The notes under the pieces: model-generated
What the model saw: only the letters and a program-made list of their open reading frames with translations
What the model was told of the DNA's origin: nothing
The model's database searches: none
Translations under genes and position numbers: made by a program
Virus record (IMG/VR): IMGVR_UViG_2703718837_000001
Length of the DNA stretch: 49,704 nucleotides
Strand: one strand, 5' to 3'
Source: a virus
Taxonomy: Duplodnaviria; Heunggongvirae; Uroviricota; Caudoviricetes
In this document: in pieces, positions 12,736 through 22,171 of the stretch
How the letters are laid out: the number at the start of each line of letters is the position of its first letter
How positions within the stretch are numbered: the first letter of the stretch is position 1

Positions 12736-13437
12736 ATGATTGAACAGCAAAAGCAATGGGTGTTTACTGAATTAGTAAAAGACCCCAATAACATCGAGCA
12801 ACTAATTTCATACACGATTTACAAAGGTTTCAAAAATGAAATAGCCGATAATGCTCGTAAGATGGGCAAGACTGAAGATGAGATCAATGAGGAGTTAGCA
12901 AAATATCACAACTATTGCATTAGTTCTCAAAAGCAATTAGATGTTTTTAGAGATAAAGCTAAAAACACTCTTGACGCTTATATTTTCACCGCTAACCATA
13001 ACATGATGAAACGGTTTAATGCGGAAATTATTAAAATAAAAAACAACTATGATAAAGAACTTGAACTAGCGCAAAAAAAGTTAAAAATTGCCGAAAAAAA
13101 AGCATTAAATAAGCTGTCCAAAGGTGCGGTTCTCTACAGCCAAAAAATTAAAGAGCCAGAGCATCTCTGGGATAAAATCCTTGATTTATTGTGGAGACTT
13201 ATGAAGTTTCTGTTCTCTGGCGTACCTAAACTTTTTGCTACTGCATTTTCTGTTGGTCTAATGTTCACAATTTATACAGCTTTCGACGAAGATGCCACGA
13301 CAGGTTTGAGAAAAGGGCTATATAAAATTGTTGATATGACTGTACCAGGAAAAGATATTCACGAAACCACAGATAATATAACCAATAGTGGCACAGAAAA
13401 AATGTCATCTTCAAATTCCCAAGCGCAGCAAGGATAG
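12736..13437 (+). CDS. Hypothetical protein with coiled coil and C-terminal transmembrane helix, AT-rich accessory gene
   Basis: 233 aa; hydrophobic segment LFATAFSVGLMFTIYTAF; Lys-rich helical N-terminal part; no good RBS. Confidence 0.5.
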   Translation: MIEQQKQWVFTELVKDPNNIEQLISYTIYKGFKNEIADNARKMGKTEDEINEELAKYHNYCISSQKQLDVFRDKAKNTLDAYIFTANHNMMKRFNAEIIKIKNNYDKELELAQKKLKIAEKKALNKLSKGAVLYSQKIKEPEHLWDKILDLLWRLMKFLFSGVPKLFATAFSVGLMFTIYTAFDEDATTGLRKGLYKIVDMTVPGKDIHETTDNITNSGTEKMSSSNSQAQQG

Positions 13438-13443
13438 GTGATG

Positions 13444-13872
13444 TTATAAGCCGCGCAGTGATTTCGGCGCGGCAAACGTCTCAATCATCTTTTCCGCGAT
13501 TGCCGACCAGGTGTGACACTGGACCTTTTCAGCATTTTTCACGCGATCAACGCGAGCAATAACCTCATCCCAATCAATCCGCGACTTGATAACCATATGG
13601 TTCACCAAATCCAGGCGATCCGGCGGAAGGCAATCGGGCGGCGTTAATATCAACGCTCCACACATTGCCGCCTCAAGAACAGTTAATCCAAGGCTTTCGG
13701 GATGCGTAACGATAAAAACGTCACTCTTACGCAATTCAGCTGCAAATTCGGTTGCTGGTACCGGCGTCCGTCTGTATGGGGTTACCGATATATTCCCCGG
13801 ATCAATGGTAATCAATCCGTCATCGGTCAACGTTCTGGCCTCATACGGAACGGTCAGACTCTGAAGGTTCAT
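13444..13872 (-). pseudogene. Glycosyltransferase C-terminal-domain fragment (GT-B fold), 5'-truncated
   Basis: 142-aa ORF with ...HPESLGLTVLEAAMCGALILTPP... typical of GT4 C-terminal domains; no N-terminal domain upstream (frame runs into a tRNA-like fragment and then the next gene). Confidence 0.45.
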
Positions 13873-13998
13873 AAGGATACTTAAGGAGTGATCAAAACCA
13901 CTAACATCAAATGCAGCGTGGTCTACAAAAATACGCAGAACATCGTCTGTTTTGGTTTCATCGACGCATGTGCCATACGCCGTACAACTACCAAATAA

Positions 13999-14030
13999 GG
14001 TGTCCCCTACCGGGCTTGAACCGGTGGCTG
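13999..14030 (-). other. tRNA 3'-end-like fragment (T-arm plus acceptor 3' strand)
   Basis: Minus strand reads ACCGG-TTCAAGC-CCGGT-AGGGGAC-A-CC: perfect 5-bp T-stem, canonical 7-nt T-loop, 7-nt acceptor strand; no matching 5' half upstream. Confidence 0.35.
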
Positions 14031-14168
14031 TGCGATTATGATCCCTTTGAAAAATAAATGCAGATCTAATAGGTTGTGTTATTTACTCATTGGCACAGAT
14101 TGCCATTACTTATCTAGTTTTAGCCATTTTTACCGCACTTCATCGCTACTAGCCTATGTTTCTTTATG

Positions 14169-15104
14169 TTAGAATGGTACATTGTCATCCATCTCAAAGT
14201 CTGGGGGTGCAACAGATATTCGATGAATTTCATTTCTTTCCATATCCATCATTTGATCCTCCTGCTCCCCATCATCGTACCACGATGAAGTGTCTACCTC
14301 TAAAGCTTCAGATATGACTTCAAATGTTTCAGGAGAGTCTAAGTGAGAAGCCATGTGCAACGTGAACGGATAACTTTCTTCTAGGCTAACCCCATCATTC
14401 CTAGAACCATATTCTTGAGTAACATAGACAGTACCGGAAGCATATATATTGATGTACTCATCATCAATCGACGTGATTCCAAATTCTTCGACTTCAGTGT
14501 AATCTACATACGCATGATTCGCGATAGTCACTAGGTTTTCAGGCATAGAGCTTACCGCCGTGTCAATAACTGCATTTCTAATTTTATCTTCGAGAGTACG
14601 AATTAATTCATCTCTACAAATATGTATACCATTTAGTATTTCTGTAGCGATCTGCAGTATTTGTTTGGCCTTCAGGAAGAACTCTTGAGGTGATGGATGC
14701 ATATATTTCTCTGTTATATGCGTATATTTATTTAAGAAGAAATAAAGCTTAAGCATCTCATCTATTCTTTCATTCGACTCCTCCAGGAACTCTTCCCCCA
14801 AGTACGCATCTGAAATTTTAGCTTGAGAACAGTATTTTAAACGCTGTCTTCTAGATATTTCGTAATGTTCATGTTCTCTCTTATACCACGATGCTTGTAA
14901 TAATTTATCATTCGGAGATTTTTTCTCGATAATATGCTTTATTAGCTCGCGAATTGAAAATGCAAAGTTATGAAAACGTAATGGGTTGCCATGTGATGCA
15001 TAATTTCGCAAACAAGCTGTGAATAATTCTTTTTCAAAATCAGCTTCGAGGTGACTCATAAAATCATTCACAAAATCAAGAGATTGTAGTTTTTTAAGCT
15101 TCAT
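14169..15104 (-). CDS. Hypothetical protein with SSB-like acidic C-terminal tip (…PPDFEMDDNVPF)
   Basis: 311 aa; AT-rich; helical N-terminal part with no OB-fold signature; last residues resemble the E. coli SSB tail PPMDFDDDIPF. Confidence 0.6.
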   Translation of the reverse strand: MKLKKLQSLDFVNDFMSHLEADFEKELFTACLRNYASHGNPLRFHNFAFSIRELIKHIIEKKSPNDKLLQASWYKREHEHYEISRRQRLKYCSQAKISDAYLGEEFLEESNERIDEMLKLYFFLNKYTHITEKYMHPSPQEFFLKAKQILQIATEILNGIHICRDELIRTLEDKIRNAVIDTAVSSMPENLVTIANHAYVDYTEVEEFGITSIDDEYINIYASGTVYVTQEYGSRNDGVSLEESYPFTLHMASHLDSPETFEVISEALEVDTSSWYDDGEQEDQMMDMERNEIHRISVAPPDFEMDDNVPF

Positions 15105-15914
15105 CGTGTAACCTTATATTCCTGTCTCAGATTTAATATCGGATTCAACCGAATCCTCTTCTTCTAAATTTTAAAGTCGTGTAACATTACAAAATATTCA
15201 AGGTTAAATTGAACATATATCATTGTTATTTAGATGTAAGTATATCTGAGCACTCGTTACAATACCAGAATATTACCATCATTCATCATAAAGTAACTAG
15301 CGAAGGTGTGGCGGAAACGTAAGTAAGTTGTTCTCCAGGTAATTCAATACCTGTTCTTTCTAAATAGCTGCGCGGAATAGTGATCTACTTTCGTCCGCCC
15401 TTGCAGGGCGAGACATTAGGTCGGCGTCCCCTACCTGACCGTGCTGCATCAGGCTTGAGTGTGTTGCCCATATGCAACATACCACACATCAGTAAACGGC
15501 AAGTGTAGTAGTATTAGGCGCAGAAATTTAGTACAGCCCAGAATGCGCCGTAACAATCAATAAACCACTACACCCGCGCCCTGGCTGCAATTCGGTAACA
15601 GGGGATCCCCCCTAGCTTCCAGCGTGATTAGCGCCTTCAGCATGACGGAATATACCCGTAAATACGAGGAACTCTACCCAAAGGCTGTTAAGAACCGGCT
15701 GTTACGCTGAATGAAAAAGGACGTAACAGGTAAGGACGCTGACCAGAAGATGGCCCCTTCTCGTTCATCTGGTTAATCAAACCAGCGCCCTTGCCTGTTA
15801 TGCCTCCTCGTTCCCTAATACACAGACGGGGACAACCCCGTGGTGTCAGGCTTCTTAGGCCGCAACCATCATCAGATCATCGTTTGCATTTACTTTAATG
15901 GTCAGTTTGTGACT

Positions 15915-17235
15915 GCTCCCCGCCCTGTCGGGCGAGGCTTCCCACTTCTCAGGCCACTACCGTCTGTGCGACGGATTTACGCTGGCCTCCATGGGCGGAG
16001 ACGACGAGTCCCGCCGCCTGTAGTTCCAGTATTCCTTTTTGCCGGATGTTGAGTGCCGCATTGATATCGCGGTCGTGCTCTGCTCCACATTCAGGGCATC
16101 GCCAGATGCGTTTATGAAGCGGCATTTCCGGCATTTTGTAACCACAACAATAGCAGGCTTTCGAACTGGCAAACCACTGGTCGAGTTTTACTAGGTGAAC
16201 GCCTTTTTCCGCTGCCTTGTACTCCAGCTTTGTGATGAAGCTATGCCAGCCTGCATCACCTATCGCTCTTGCCAGATTGTGGTTTTTCATCATGTTGGCT
16301 GTTTTCAGCGTCTCGACAATTACCGCTTGGTTTTCGTCAACAATTGCACGAGAGAGCTTGTGTTGAAAATCAGCACGGGCATTAGCCACCCGTTCGTGTA
16401 ACGCTGCCAGACGGATTGTGGCCTTTTTACGATTCGCGCTTCCCTTTTGCTTGCGGGATAAGGCTTTTTGTTTGCGTCGCAGATTACGGCTGGCATTGAT
16501 GAGATGGCGGGGATTTGCAATTTTTACCCCATCAGACTTGATGGCAAAGTGCGATAATCCCATATCTAGGCCAGTAACTGTTGATATCAACGTGGGTTTT
16601 GCCGGAGCTTCCATGCCATCATCACAGAGAATTGAAGCATAGTATTTCCCCGTTGCTGAACAGGTGATAGTGATGCTTTTCAGCTTTCCATGAAGTTCAC
16701 GGTGAAGGCGTGCTTCTATTAGGGACAGTTTTGGGATTTTGATGGCATTATCCAGCACCTTAATCCCGACACAGTGATAGCTCGATTGTTTTCCGTGTTT
16801 ACGTTTAAACGTCGGGAACCGCGCTTTCAGCTTCGGATTAAAAAAGTTGGAAAATGCCACATCAAGATTAATTACCGCCTGTTGCAACGCAATAGAATCA
16901 TATTCTTTAAGCCATCCATACCTGCGGGATTTCTTTGCCACTGCAAGCAGCGGTTTCAGATCGTTACGCGGACTTAAATTTACTCCATGTCGCTGGTAAG
17001 CATGTTTTTTGATGTGAAGAGCTTTGTTGTACGCAAAGCGCACTGCACCGAACTGGGCATTGAGGTACTCTGCCTGTTCTGGTGTCGGGTAAATGCGTAC
17101 TTTTGTTGCTCTTAACATAGTCACCGCTCATTGATACAGGCTTTTTATGCTAACACCGTAATGATTTTTTTAAAGCCCTGTTGGCTTTTCGCCTTATATA
17201 CCCGCCCGCATTAGGCGAGGGTTTACGGCGTTTTT
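15915..17235 (-). mobile_element. IS200/IS605-family element carrying tnpB only (boundaries approximate)
   Basis: Intact tnpB flanked by similar GC hairpins of the CCGCCC-loop-GGGCGAG type at 15925-15940 and 17196-17216; no tnpA. Confidence 0.55.
15949..17124 (-). CDS. tnpB: TnpB (OrfB) RuvC-like RNA-guided endonuclease homologue
   Basis: 391 aa; N-terminal MLRATKVRIYPTPEQAEYLNAQFGAVRFAYNKAL; RuvC-I D in TGLDMGL, RuvC-II E in IVETLK, zinc finger CYCCG...CPECG, RuvC-III D in HDRDINAALNI. Confidence 0.9.
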   Translation of the reverse strand: MTMLRATKVRIYPTPEQAEYLNAQFGAVRFAYNKALHIKKHAYQRHGVNLSPRNDLKPLLAVAKKSRRYGWLKEYDSIALQQAVINLDVAFSNFFNPKLKARFPTFKRKHGKQSSYHCVGIKVLDNAIKIPKLSLIEARLHRELHGKLKSITITCSATGKYYASILCDDGMEAPAKPTLISTVTGLDMGLSHFAIKSDGVKIANPRHLINASRNLRRKQKALSRKQKGSANRKKATIRLAALHERVANARADFQHKLSRAIVDENQAVIVETLKTANMMKNHNLARAIGDAGWHSFITKLEYKAAEKGVHLVKLDQWFASSKACYCCGYKMPEMPLHKRIWRCPECGAEHDRDINAALNIRQKGILELQAAGLVVSAHGGQRKSVAQTVVA

Positions 17236-17470
17236 CGCTAAACCGCCGCAAAGTCGCTAACCATGACGAAACCTCTGAAAAAAATGCCCACCCGAAGATG
17301 GGCAAACTGGATGGAAGCTCGTTACGCACTTCGGAGTTGCCTCTTAGGCGCATGGTCAACCTGGCAACTCGGTGGTTTGTCTGGGAGGACTAGGCCCAGC
17401 CATGCTTACCGCCGCGCCTGTCGCGGCTAACAGCTAAATCGCTCTAAAAATCACGATTCATTGATTCGAT

Positions 17471-17487
17471 ATTACACTAATAAATTT
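17471..17487 (+). promoter_or_regulatory. P1 C1-repressor operator-like site
   Basis: ATTACACTAATAAATTT (15/17 to consensus), between the IS left end and the 3' end of the methyltransferase gene. Confidence 0.4.
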
Positions 17488-17488
17488 A

Positions 17489-20400
17489 TTATAGCAATAT
17501 TGCTATAACGTCATGAGCAACACCACGAGTGTCTCCCTTACAAGACACAGAACGTCTGGCAAAAAGAGGTTCCACTCTGAAGCCACTGTCCTGATAAAGT
17601 TCTCTGATGTTTGGCGCGCCACTGTTAGTAATGAGAACCTTTGCACCTCGGCGATGAGCATCCGTCAACAGAGACACCAGGCGTTTTTGCTCTTCAAACT
17701 TAAAGTCATGACCGGAATAGTTCGTGAACCCCTCTGTATTGGGGAGCGGTTCATACGGCGGATCGCAAAAGATGACATCTCCTTCTCCGGCAGCTTCAAT
17801 CACCGCTGCAAAATCACCGCATACAAACTCAGACCGCCCTTCCGCACCGAGGAAGGCTTCCATCTCCTGTAATGGAAAATGCGTAGACTTATACTTCCCA
17901 TACCCGACATTGAACTCACCGGCCTGGTTGTAGCGCGTCAATCCATTAAAACAATGTCGGTTCAGGAACAAAAACGCCGCTGCGCGATGTAAATCATCAT
18001 AGACTTGTTTGTTAAACGCATTCCGTACTGCCAGGAATCCCTCCTGGGTGTTGTAGTCCAGGAAGAAACGATGTGCCAGAGTGATAAGTGAATGCGCCTC
18101 GCGTTGCAGAGTCTTGTAAAAGTTAATCAGGTCAGCATTCACATCATTTAGCAGATTTTCCTGATATCCGGCATTCATGAAGACAGCTCCGCCACCAACG
18201 AAAGGTTCAATCAGGCGCTTCCCTTCTGGCAAATAGCGAAAGATTTGTTCCAGAACACCAAATTTTCCACCAGCCCATTTGAATATGGGCCGTTCGAATT
18301 CTGCCGCTGGTTTAACCTTTCGCTCTTTTGTTTCACTCCCTTCTTTTTGCCGACATGCAGCCTTAGTAATCCGATCGCCAATCCAGCGCATTACTGGTAT
18401 TGCCATACTATTTCCGATCGCTTTGTAACGCGGTCCGTCAGCTGCAAGCATCGCGGCCTCTTCTTCGTTTAAATCAGGATAGTTATTGCGAAGGTATGCT
18501 AGTTCATCTGAAGAAACTTTTTTACGCTTTCCCGTAGGGATCAACGTATGCCAATCAGGAAAACCTTGCAGCCTTTCACATTCGACAGGGGTAAGACGGC
18601 GCATTCTATCGTCGCCGAGCAATACAATTGGTGCTTCATGGTTACATGTCAAAGTTGGTGCCGAATTATCGGTTTTTATCTCAGCCCCTCCTTGCCCATG
18701 TGCCATGGCAATTATGTTTGTATCATCGCAAGATCTGATAGCGATGTTTGAAGTATATCTGGTAGTTTCCTTCCCCTCGCCTCTGCTCGGCGCAATATCC
18801 CGGCGCTCGCCTTCGAACTCAAAAAGTACCGTTGCGGGATCGAGGTCTGTTCGAGCACTTGCGACAACAAACACGCGTCGGCGTCGTTGTGCCACTCCGA
18901 AGTATTGGGCATCAAGGATTCTCCAGGCCACCTTTCGCTGCGGTCCATAAATACAACCACACTGCGGCCACTTTGGAGCATGGCAACCGGTTTTGCCATC
19001 CCACCGCCAGAACGCGTTACTTTTTCCTGATTCAGGTCGATCACCTGGTTCAAATGGCGCATCTTCTCCAGCCAATCCGGCAAGGAAACATCCGAAGGCG
19101 TTATCTGCCGATGACAAGACCCCTGGGACATTTTCCCAGACGATAACGGCTGGTTTGAGAAATGACTCAGCCCGTTTGTCGTCAATTGCATTTGCAAGCT
19201 CCACATACTTTAAAGTTAGCGCGCCACGCTCATCATCAAGCCCACCACGTAATCCAGCGATACTGAATGCCTGACAGTTATGGACCACCGCACCATTGAG
19301 GATATAGGAATGATCACCTTCGACTTCTATGTTGTATACAGTATCTAGGCCTACCGATTTAAACTCTTTGACTGTTCGTAAAAGCATTCCATGAGCCAAT
19401 CTTGATTTACGTGACAATTTCTGCGGGCAGATTGTTACCTGATAATAATTCCGTTGATTTACCACGCGATCCTCAATCACTTTTTTGGGCTCAACTTCAA
19501 TAAAGCTGACCGAAGAAACATAACCACAAGTCTGTGACAACTCCGCAACGCCCCAAGCAAGCGCAGGACTAACACTATTAATTCTAAATCCCGCTTTACC
19601 ACTTGGTGTCCCATCAGTATCAAGATAGCCTTGTAAAAACACATGACGCAATGGATGCGACATCACCCATGCAGGGATACGCTTAGCATGGCTTAACTCG
19701 CCAAAATGTTCATTAAGCCAATTGGCATAACACGTATCATTCAAGGTTACTTTGATGCTCCCTCGGATTTCGCTTGCCACGGAAAATATGTTTTCTGGTA
19801 TGCGGCAATGAAACTTTCTCAATTTCTGGCAATTTATGCCAAAAACAACCGCCTTCTTAGATTTACCTCTCCATCTCCTAATATATCCATCGCCAACATA
19901 AGCGCCCGCAAGATACATAGCCTGTTCTTCAGACAAGAACCGAGAACAAATATCTGGAGATGCAATATTGAAATTAGTTAGAGCACACCATTGATATCCC
20001 GGCATATCACATGCTGCTCGCCATTCCGGTTCAGACAACAACTCTCTCTTAAAATATGTGCCATTTTTCCGGGTGTTTTGGGCTTTCCACCGAACCGCCA
20101 GGAAGGGATGGTCATTGGTTGTTCTTATACCTAAAGGCTGCCCAACGGCATTAAGTAACCCCGTATTAGCTATTTTTGAACCAACTCTTTTTACTTGTTG
20201 TAACCGCCCGAGATGACTGACTACGTAATCGCCAGGGCAAACATCTTCTATTGGTTTATAACCATTTTTACAAAGAACCATATGCCCCGCGGTAAAACAT
20301 GGTGTCCCTCCCACCAGCACATCAGGGGCTTCAATTTCTCCGGCCTGGACTTTTTGGGCGAGTTTTGTCATGTCGCCAAGGTTCGCGACATGGGGCCAGC

Positions 20401-20530
20401 GGTGCGCAAGAACGGCAGAGGGAAAAGGCTCGATTTCAGCAAACCACGCCGGACGCATACCCAACGGTTCCCATGCAATGCTCGCGGCTTCAATTCCACT
20501 GCAAACAGATCCATAGCACAGCTCTCTCAC
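17489..20530 (-). CDS. dmt: Bifunctional DNA methyltransferase: N-terminal C5-cytosine MTase (intein-interrupted) fused to C-terminal Dam-type N6-adenine MTase
   Basis: 1013 aa. C5 motifs: CSGIEAAS (I), GGTP/CQAFS (IV, split by intein), VWENVPG (VI), QRRRRVF (VIII). C-terminal about 270 aa match Dam: [21 protein letters not shown]. Confidence 0.9.
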   Translation of the reverse strand: MRELCYGSVCSGIEAASIAWEPLGMRPAWFAEIEPFPSAVLAHRWPHVANLGDMTKLAQKVQAGEIEAPDVLVGGTPCFTAGHMVLCKNGYKPIEDVCPGDYVVSHLGRLQQVKRVGSKIANTGLLNAVGQPLGIRTTNDHPFLAVRWKAQNTRKNGTYFKRELLSEPEWRAACDMPGYQWCALTNFNIASPDICSRFLSEEQAMYLAGAYVGDGYIRRWRGKSKKAVVFGINCQKLRKFHCRIPENIFSVASEIRGSIKVTLNDTCYANWLNEHFGELSHAKRIPAWVMSHPLRHVFLQGYLDTDGTPSGKAGFRINSVSPALAWGVAELSQTCGYVSSVSFIEVEPKKVIEDRVVNQRNYYQVTICPQKLSRKSRLAHGMLLRTVKEFKSVGLDTVYNIEVEGDHSYILNGAVVHNCQAFSIAGLRGGLDDERGALTLKYVELANAIDDKRAESFLKPAVIVWENVPGVLSSADNAFGCFLAGLAGEDAPFEPGDRPESGKSNAFWRWDGKTGCHAPKWPQCGCIYGPQRKVAWRILDAQYFGVAQRRRRVFVVASARTDLDPATVLFEFEGERRDIAPSRGEGKETTRYTSNIAIRSCDDTNIIAMAHGQGGAEIKTDNSAPTLTCNHEAPIVLLGDDRMRRLTPVECERLQGFPDWHTLIPTGKRKKVSSDELAYLRNNYPDLNEEEAAMLAADGPRYKAIGNSMAIPVMRWIGDRITKAACRQKEGSETKERKVKPAAEFERPIFKWAGGKFGVLEQIFRYLPEGKRLIEPFVGGGAVFMNAGYQENLLNDVNADLINFYKTLQREAHSLITLAHRFFLDYNTQEGFLAVRNAFNKQVYDDLHRAAAFLFLNRHCFNGLTRYNQAGEFNVGYGKYKSTHFPLQEMEAFLGAEGRSEFVCGDFAAVIEAAGEGDVIFCDPPYEPLPNTEGFTNYSGHDFKFEEQKRLVSLLTDAHRRGAKVLITNSGAPNIRELYQDSGFRVEPLFARRSVSCKGDTRGVAHDVIAILL
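19277..20299 (-). other. Intein (Hint domain with LAGLIDADG homing-endonuclease core) inside the methyltransferase gene
   Basis: 341 codons from Cys78 ([28 protein letters not shown]) to ...ILNGAVVHN, followed by Cys(+1) of CQAFS; block B TTNDHPF; [11 protein letters not shown] and [10 protein letters not shown] motifs. Confidence 0.85.
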
Positions 20531-21432
20531 TGCTTAGCCTCTCCGCCCAGGGCATTTACCAGAGCATCAACCAGGCACGAAATTTCACTGGTTAACAGGA
20601 AGAAATCTGCGTCCAGTCGCTGCGCAACATCTTCACTATCAATATCAGAGTTCTGCTCAAGCAATTCATCCGCAAATTTGACGCTGGTAAGGCTGAAGTT
20701 ATGGTCCAGTGTAAATTTAATGCGGTTCTGCCAGTCGAGTGCCAACTTTGTGACGAGCTTGCCAGCTTCCAGGTGTGTGGAAATTTCATCGCTTCCCAAA
20801 TCCTGCTTTTTCACTCGGGCGATACCGCCATCCTCAAGCACTGCCTTAAGTTCTGCCGCATCCCCCATTTGAAATCCCTGTGGAGCACTACCATCACGTA
20901 CCCAGTCGGTCAGCGTTAATTCAATGGGATTTTCAACACTCAGGGGAACAACAGGAAGAGAACCCAGAGATTTACGCATAAGCGCGAGCATATCCTCTGC
21001 CTGCCGCGCGCTGGCATTGATATAGATACGTTTAGTTGAACCGTCGTAGATCGCCTGGATAACAGAAAACTTTGAAAAAGCCCGTGGCAGAAGAGAATGC
21101 AGAACTTCGTCTTTCAGGGAGTCCTTCTCTATTTTCTTCAGTTTACGCGCTTGTTCTTGCTCAAGTTTTTCAATTTTTTCTTGAATAGCTCGCTGGATAA
21201 CCGGCGGGGGAAGAATTTTTGTTTCGCGCTTTGCTTCAACAAGGATAAAGCCATTTCCATGCATAGCGATCACTTCGGAATTATCACCAAATGGCGATAC
21301 AAAACCGAACTTGGCCATATCCTGGCTACCGCATGGCGTGAATAGGATCATTTTATTTTTATCTTCTAAGTCGGTCAGATCCGCCTCACGAGAAACTTTA
21401 TAAATAGAAATGTTTTTCCAGTGCTTAAACAT
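20527..21432 (-). CDS. rdgC: RdgC-family recombination-associated protein homologue
   Basis: Colinear with E. coli RdgC ([62 protein letters not shown]...ALGGEAKQ); start placed at the second Met by alignment. Confidence 0.85.
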   Translation of the reverse strand: MFKHWKNISIYKVSREADLTDLEDKNKMILFTPCGSQDMAKFGFVSPFGDNSEVIAMHGNGFILVEAKRETKILPPPVIQRAIQEKIEKLEQEQARKLKKIEKDSLKDEVLHSLLPRAFSKFSVIQAIYDGSTKRIYINASARQAEDMLALMRKSLGSLPVVPLSVENPIELTLTDWVRDGSAPQGFQMGDAAELKAVLEDGGIARVKKQDLGSDEISTHLEAGKLVTKLALDWQNRIKFTLDHNFSLTSVKFADELLEQNSDIDSEDVAQRLDADFFLLTSEISCLVDALVNALGGEAKQ

Positions 21433-21709
21433 GTTGTAACCCTTGAATATCAACCACAGAAAGCTCGTCTTTGTAGAAGAAGGTCAGGTTATGGCACCCC
21501 CTCGTTTGAGCGTATGAGCTGGGACCAATTTCGTTCTTCCAGACAAATGGCTTCAGATCCGTACGGCGAAGCATAAAAACGCAATTTGTTCCGCTCTGAT
21601 TCCCAATGAGGCAAAAGCCTTCTTTCACCTTGATAGCCTGCAAGTTGTCGAGTTCACCGCTGGTTACACGGCTATCGAACTCCTTGCGGCTTATTAGCTC
21701 CATCTGCAT
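21425..21709 (-). CDS. Small hypothetical protein, first gene of the methyltransferase operon
   Basis: Start chosen at the ATG preceded by GGAG (7-nt spacer); the longer track ORF would begin inside the operator site. Confidence 0.45.
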   Translation of the reverse strand: MQMELISRKEFDSRVTSGELDNLQAIKVKEGFCLIGNQSGTNCVFMLRRTDLKPFVWKNEIGPSSYAQTRGCHNLTFFYKDELSVVDIQGLQHV

Positions 21710-21780
21710 CTGACGACTCCAAACAAATGCCCATTGAAGGGCGATGGCTGAATGGTACCGAAAACACGATATAAAAAACA

Positions 21781-21797
21781 ATATTTATTAGAGCAAT
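21781..21797 (-). promoter_or_regulatory. P1 C1-repressor operator-like site heading the minus-strand methyltransferase operon
   Basis: Reverse complement ATTGCTCTAATAAATAT (16/17 to consensus). Confidence 0.6.
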
Positions 21798-21878
21798 TTT
21801 GTGATAAGTAAACGCCATACAGACCACAAATAACCTAAGTTAAAATAACGAAAATCAGAGCAAATCATTGGTGATGAC

Positions 21879-22163
21879 GTGGCAAGTATTGCAACAAAAG
21901 ACAGCATTTGTTCGGGGCACGGAGGATTCCCATCCAGGCCTCCTGTAGAGAGTGAACCACTACTTAAAGTCAACGGAGTCGAAGTGTTAGTTGATGGTAA
22001 GCAATATGCACAGCATACCGATGGAAACAGTACGCACGGTGGGCAAGCTATATCAACCAGGGCATGGTTTACCGTCAATGGTAAAGGGGTCGTATGCGTT
22101 GGTGACCCTGTTTCATGCGGCTCTACCGTAGCGTCAGGAGACGGCCTAGTTCAGGTAAGTTAG
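21879..22163 (+). CDS. PAAR-like spike-tip protein
   Basis: 94 aa, GTG start; two HGG motifs plus GDPVSCGSTVASGDG, resembling PAAR repeats; weak RBS. Confidence 0.45.
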   Translation: MASIATKDSICSGHGGFPSRPPVESEPLLKVNGVEVLVDGKQYAQHTDGNSTHGGQAISTRAWFTVNGKGVVCVGDPVSCGSTVASGDGLVQVS

Positions 22164-22171
22164 GAGATATC

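Noticed and set aside
13444-14079. Intact glycosyltransferase using the extended stop-to-stop frame
   Set aside because: The extension contains no plausible start or N-terminal GT-B domain and overlaps the tRNA-like fragment; about 210 codons is too short for a GT-B enzyme.
13999-14110. Complete tRNA gene on the minus strand
   Set aside because: Only the T-arm and acceptor 3' strand are recognisable; no complementary acceptor 5' strand, D-arm or anticodon arm upstream, and the 3' end reads CCT not CCA.
15105-15948. Retron (msr/msd) or group II intron in the structured non-coding gap
   Set aside because: No reverse transcriptase ORF anywhere nearby; the hairpins resemble IS200/IS605 end structures instead.
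17513-20595. Multiple plus-strand ORFs of 67-219 aa inside the methyltransferase locus
   Set aside because: Antisense to a 1013-aa gene with unambiguous methyltransferase and intein motifs; translations are low-complexity (Ser/Pro/Arg-rich).
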